DNA from: Microcystis aeruginosa NIES-843
GTDB taxonomy: Bacteria > Cyanobacteriota > Cyanobacteriia > Cyanobacteriales > Microcystaceae
Direction of reading: 5' to 3'
Assembly (NCBI RefSeq): GCF_000010625.1
Contig: NC_010296.1
Location: 3,000,001-3,032,000, forward strand
DNA length: 32,000 nt
Below the pieces are notes generated by a model that was given only the letters and a program-made list of their open reading frames with translations, did no database searches and was not told the origin of the DNA. Position numbers and translations under genes: made by a program. Below, one piece after another: positions 27,926 through 32,000 of this stretch (within the stretch, counting starts at the first letter, position 1; every line of letters starts with the position of its first letter).

Positions 27926-29145
27926 TAGAACTCTTGCAAATTAATTATATGTTATAATGATGGGTTAACTAATTTTCCCCAAAAAATTAGTTAACCAGTA
28001 CATTCGTCCTGAATGAAAACTTGAAGTTTAACTTTTAACTCAAAACTCTTTAGATATGCTTTAATTTGGTTATCAAAACCTCTTTATTTAAGCGGCACAA
28101 ACTATCTCAATTTTTATAATTGAGAATAAATTCTCCTTGACTTGATTAATCTTTAGGCAACTTTTAAGAAGCTGCTATACCTATCCCTAACTCACCGTTA
28201 TAAATAGCCGCCAACAAGTTAACTCTTAAACTATATCTTCGACGACGATTCCGATATTTACAGGATAAGATTTTAAAGATTTTGAGTTTCCTATTTATAG
28301 GTTCAATGATAATCCTTTCTTTGGCTAAAGCCTTGTTATACTCTTTTTCTAACTCTGTTAATTTTCTATTTTTCGATTTCTTTTTCGGTGTATAACTATT
28401 ACTATGGTATGCAGCTATTCCCTGATAACCACTGTCTTCTATGCTGGTAGTTAAAGGATGAAAACGAACTCGACTTTTTTTAAATAAACTAAAATCATGA
28501 CCTCTACCTTTCCCACAAAAGACACAGATAATTTCCTCGGTAGTTTGATCAGCTACTAATTGGGATTTTAAAGTATGATAACCTCTTTTACCCCCCAAAA
28601 AATCTTTCTGTTTCTTTTTGGGGCGTTCAATGGGAGTTTCCGTTACATCCATTACCGTTACGACCGGTATCTCTGCTTGATTGAGTAAAGCTTTTTTTCC
28701 TTTTAAACGGAAGTTTCCCGATTGTAAAAGCATTTTTTCCGTCTTATTTACAATCCGACATATAGTTGATTCTGATAGTTCCCAGCTTGTACCAATGTGA
28801 AAATATGTTCTATATTCTCGCCAATATTCTAACGTTACTAAAACTTGTTCTTCTATAGATAGTTTAGGTTTCGGTCCCCTTTTAGATGGTGAATTAGAGT
28901 CGGCTTCAACACTTTTTACTGATTCTACCATCTTTCTATAGGTTTGTTTATACACACCGAAACGGCGTTTGAATTGTTCATCTGATAAGTTTTGATAATC
29001 CATAATTTTGCTAATAAACATAGCAAAATTATAGATGATTTCCTGACCTAAGATCACATTTTATTCTTTTTTCCACTTCAATCTAAGAATTGAGAAAAAA
29101 GCAAAAACTTATATTATACCATAAAAAAATTATGCAAGAGGTCTA
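27926..29145 (-). mobile_element. IS4/IS5-superfamily insertion sequence (1220 bp)
   Basis: TIRs are TAGAACTCTTGCA (27926-27938) and TGCAAGAGGTCTA (29133-29145). A single transposase ORF lies inside. A perfect 14-bp-stem hairpin at 27963-27996 follows the transposase stop. The right end abuts the brnA stop codon at 29146. Confidence 0.75.
28164..29057 (-). CDS. DDE transposase (IS4/IS5 superfamily)
   Basis: 297-aa ORF. The probable true start is MDYQNLSDEQFKRRFG at 29003. The N-terminal HTH-like region is followed by DDE-type blocks (VTVMDVTETPIERP, HTLKSQLVAD, IEDSGYQGI, AKERIIIEPINRKLKIFKIL). Confidence 0.75.
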   Translation of the reverse strand: MILGQEIIYNFAMFISKIMDYQNLSDEQFKRRFGVYKQTYRKMVESVKSVEADSNSPSKRGPKPKLSIEEQVLVTLEYWREYRTYFHIGTSWELSESTICRIVNKTEKMLLQSGNFRLKGKKALLNQAEIPVVTVMDVTETPIERPKKKQKDFLGGKRGYHTLKSQLVADQTTEEIICVFCGKGRGHDFSLFKKSRVRFHPLTTSIEDSGYQGIAAYHSNSYTPKKKSKNRKLTELEKEYNKALAKERIIIEPINRKLKIFKILSCKYRNRRRRYSLRVNLLAAIYNGELGIGIAAS

Positions 29146-29427
29146 TTATTGGAGGGCTGATAATTCTTCCCGAAGAATACGGCGTAAATCGGACTGAGTG
29201 AGCGATCGCTCAGAAGGAGATTGGATATATTGTTTTAAAGCCTCATTAATTAGGGTTTGATAACCCATTCCTGCGGTTTCAGCCTGTTCTCGAAAATAAG
29301 CTAGAATCTCATCATCTAGATAAATGGTAATGCGTGTTTTTCCCTGAGAGGAAATGAGCGCCCCTCGTTTTCCTTTAGAAAAATCATATTCCTTTCTCAT
29401 AAGTTTTTCTCTCTTGTTTTGTAGCAC
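29146..29427 (-). CDS. brnA: BrnA antitoxin (RHH/CopG-like)
   Basis: The signature EYDFSKGKRG...KTRITIYLDDEILAYFREQAETAGMGYQTLINEALKQYI is a typical BrnA. The likely start is MRKEYDF at 29400. Confidence 0.8.
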   Translation of the reverse strand: MLQNKREKLMRKEYDFSKGKRGALISSQGKTRITIYLDDEILAYFREQAETAGMGYQTLINEALKQYIQSPSERSLTQSDLRRILREELSALQ

Positions 29428-29652
29428 GACGAGCGGAAATCAAGGGAATGACTTCACCCCGCAAAGTATAAATAACCACTAATAGTGATCCCATGTTTCC
29501 CATCCCCACTGCAATAAAACGTTCTTCTGTTATACAATCGGGATCAAGATCATGAATAGCGAGGGGATCAAAAAACACCATTTCAGCTTCTGCAAAGGAA
29601 ACACCGTGCTTTTGCCAGTTGGTTTTTGCTTTTCTGGGATCATATTCAAATG
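29384..29652 (-). pseudogene. brnT: brnT toxin gene, 3' exon only (5' end separated by a group II intron)
   Basis: Reading from 29650 gives FEYDPRKAKTNWQKHGVSFAEAEMVFFDPLAIHDLDPD...VIYTLRGEVIPLISARRATKQERKTYEKG, a BrnT sequence lacking its first few codons. The group II intron 3' end lies at 29653. Confidence 0.75.
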
Positions 29653-30823
29653 ATTAGGGGTCGAGAAGGTCGTCACCGACCTCCCCTCCCATTCAGAACC
29701 GTGCGTGATACTTTCGCATCACACGGCTCCTAGTTTGACTGTTCCCTTGTTAAGGATACAGCTTGACTTCTTTTGGTTGTCATTGTATTATCTATACTAA
29801 CTTCTAATGGTGTTAGCGTAGATGATTTTGGGCTTCCATCAGATGCCGATTTATCATCGTGACAGTGGCGGTGTAGTAATTGAAGGTTCTTGTATTCATC
29901 CTTTCCGCCTAAGCTTAGAGGGTGAATGTGGTCAACTTCAATTAAATCCGATGGGGTGAAATACTGCCCACATCGGCTACACTTGCCTTGTTGCTTTTTG
30001 AGTAGTTTGGCTACTCTTGTCGGTGTGTCGATTGCTTGTCCTCGTCTGGTCGCCCAGTAAGTCCAATTTCCGTCATAAGGTGAGGCGTCGGCGCGTACTA
30101 GGGTATGTCTGACAATTGGTGTCCAATTATGGAAACATAATTGATGACCGTCTTTGGTCTTAAATAACCAAGATTCGTGTCTTTCTTTCCCATTGCTGAG
30201 TTTAACTGTATCCGGTCTAAAATAATTTCTCAGCTTTTCGTAGTTCGCTTTACCGCATCTTGATACTGTCCATGCCCTTAACATTAACCAGGTTGTATTG
30301 TCTAGTTTATTGAAGGTATCCATAGATACTACTCCTGAGTAGTAGTTAGCCCAACCTCTAATGATTGGGTTTAGTCGACTAATCAGGGCTGATTGAGGTG
30401 CTGTTTTGTGTTTTTTGATTACACCTTTAATCGCTTCTGTGTGGGTTTTAACTGCTTTTTGGCTGGGTTTGATGTGGGTTTTGTGACCAATTAATCGTTT
30501 TGCCCCATCTTTCCCAGATTTGTATTTTCCTACTGGATATTGCCTGATATTGAATCCTAGAAAGTCAAAACCGGGTTCTTCCATTTTCCCATTGTATTCA
30601 ATAGGTTTGAGTGTGTGACACACTCTGGTTTTTTCTGGTTTAAGTTCTAATCCTATCGGTTTTAACCATTCGGAAATGGCAGTTTTGCACTGTTCAATGA
30701 TTTCGAGTGATGGGGAAATCACTACAAAGTCATCGGCGTATCTTATGAGAACAGCTTGATTAGTATCTTTCTTTTTGGGAAATAACGTTTCAATTAGTCT
30801 CGCCATTCCATCCAGTGCGATGT

Positions 30824-31965
30824 TATACTTTGCACGGCTACAACTTGCATTTTTTACTCAAGGACAATAATATAGTTTAAGAGTCATAATTAGAAGCAAA
30901 GCACTCATTAAAAACATGATTAACCTAGAATTCACGGAAGAAGAAAAGAACTCACTGTATTATGAAAGATTTCATCATCCCCATCCCCGGGTTCAACTGA
31001 AGATGGAAGTTCTCTGGTTAAAGAGCCAAAAGATACCGCACAAAAAAATTTGTCAGTTAGCAGGAATCTCGCCAAATACCTTATTAACCTATCTTCGAGA
31101 TTATGAAGAAGGCGGAATAGAAAAATTAAAAGAAATCAACTTCTATCGCCCTAAAAGTGAATTAGAGTCTCAAAAAGAAACGCTCAAAAAATACTTCGAG
31201 AAAAATCCACCAGCCACAATAAATGAAGCTGTATATAGGATAGAAGAATTAACGGGAATAAAACGAAGTCCTACCCAAGTTAGAAAATTTTTAAAATCAA
31301 TGGGAATGAAATGTTTAAAAGTAGGTTCTCTTCCTTCTAAAGCTGACCGGGATGAACAAGAGGACTACAAAGAAAAAAAGCTAGAACCCAGACTAAATGA
31401 GGCTAAAGAAGGAAAAAGGGCTGTTTTTTTTGTTGATGCCGCTCACTTCGTCATGGGAGCATTTCTCGGTTTTGTTTGGTGTTTTGAGAGACTTTTTGTT
31501 AAGTCACCGAGCGGGCGTAAACGCTTCAATGTTTTAGGAGCATTAAATGCAATAACTCATGAAGTTATTCTGGTTACGAATGACACTTATATTACAGCAA
31601 CTCAAGTCTGTGAACTTCTTAAAAAAATAGCTGCTTTAGGAATAACTATTCCCATCACTCTAGTCTTAGATAATGCCCGCTATCAAAAATGTAAAATTGT
31701 TGAAGAATTGGCTCTTTCTTTGTCAATAGAGCTACTCTATTTGCCGTCTTATTCGCCTAATCTAAATTTAATTGAAAGGCTGTGGAAATTGGTCAAAAAG
31801 AAATGTTTGTATGGTAAATACTATGAAAACTTTTCTGACTTTTCTTCAGCTATTTATGAATGTCTGAATGATGCCCACCTGAAACATAAAAAAGAACTGG
31901 ATTCCTTGCTCACTCTACGATTTCAGAAGTTTAATAAATCTCAGATTATGAACGTCTAAAGTATA
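30824..31965 (+). mobile_element. IS630-family element inserted at a TA inside the intron RT gene
   Basis: TA lies at 30824-30825 and 31964-31965. TIRs are TACTTTGCACGG and the reverse complement TACTTTAGACGT. The transposase stop lies inside the right TIR. Confidence 0.75.
30916..31959 (+). CDS. IS630-family DDE transposase (intact)
   Basis: 347 aa. The HTH N-terminus is followed by a DDE core (FFVDAAHF, LVLDNARYQKC, YSPNLNLIERLWKLVKK). Confidence 0.85.
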   Translation: MINLEFTEEEKNSLYYERFHHPHPRVQLKMEVLWLKSQKIPHKKICQLAGISPNTLLTYLRDYEEGGIEKLKEINFYRPKSELESQKETLKKYFEKNPPATINEAVYRIEELTGIKRSPTQVRKFLKSMGMKCLKVGSLPSKADRDEQEDYKEKKLEPRLNEAKEGKRAVFFVDAAHFVMGAFLGFVWCFERLFVKSPSGRKRFNVLGALNAITHEVILVTNDTYITATQVCELLKKIAALGITIPITLVLDNARYQKCKIVEELALSLSIELLYLPSYSPNLNLIERLWKLVKKKCLYGKYYENFSDFSSAIYECLNDAHLKHKKELDSLLTLRFQKFNKSQIMNV

Positions 31966-32000
31966 GCTAGTAGTGGACTTATTACCCCTCCTTGTGGTGT

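Larger units (their letters stand above)
29653..32000 (-). mobile_element. Group II intron (3' part; continues beyond the window) inserted near the 5' end of brnT
   Basis: Domain V at 29696-29729 reads GAGCCGTGTGATGCGAAAGTATCACGCACGGTTC on the minus strand, with the AGC triad and a GAAA loop. A domain VI-like helix with a bulged A follows and ends ...CCCCTAAT at 29653. The intron-encoded RT/maturase/HNH ORF lies immediately upstream. Confidence 0.8.
29730..32000 (-). pseudogene. Group II intron reverse transcriptase/maturase with C-terminal HNH, interrupted by IS630
   Basis: The 29730-30823 part carries YADDFVV (RT motif 5), a maturase X domain (RGWANYY) and HNH (DHIHPLSLGGKDEYKNLQLLHRHCH). 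Across the IS, the frame continues with 31966-32000 to give TPQGGVISPLLANIALDGM (RT motif 4) once 30826-31965 is removed. Confidence 0.8.

Overview
Cyanobacterial chromosome, almost certainly Microcystis. Support: GCGATCGC (HIP1) palindromes throughout, heptamer STR arrays, and a CDS that matches from memory the Microcystis viridis lectin MVL. The window has two parts. (1) Positions 1-14.25 kb are core genome: an exopolysaccharide block (Wzx-like flippase, sulfotransferase-like protein, Wzc-like co-polymerase/tyrosine kinase), cryptochrome-DASH, nadA, tatC, psbB, and the conserved rubA-ycf48-psbEFLJ photosystem II cluster. The three small genes psbF, psbL and psbJ are absent from the ORF track and were found by hand. 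(2) Positions 14.3-32 kb are a visibly more AT-rich accessory island. It holds an orphan PatD-like YcaO cyclodehydratase gene killed by an IS630 element that itself carries a second IS. After that comes a run of minus-strand gene modules: mvl lectin, higBA, phd-phd-vapC, brnTA, orf227, orf365. Each module is followed by a copy of a conserved ~90-bp two-hairpin repeat ending in HIP1, which gives an integron-like cassette layout with no integrase visible. mvl and the orphan orf365 share a ~290-bp upstream module. The island also contains a frameshifted IS110-family element beside a repeat hairpin, an IS5-like element whose 13-bp TIRs also bound a 139-bp MITE at 7 kb, a 187-bp MITE in two copies, and a second brnTA locus split by a group II intron that is in turn split by an IS630 element. 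All homology statements come from reading the translations and from recalled family signatures. No database search was run.
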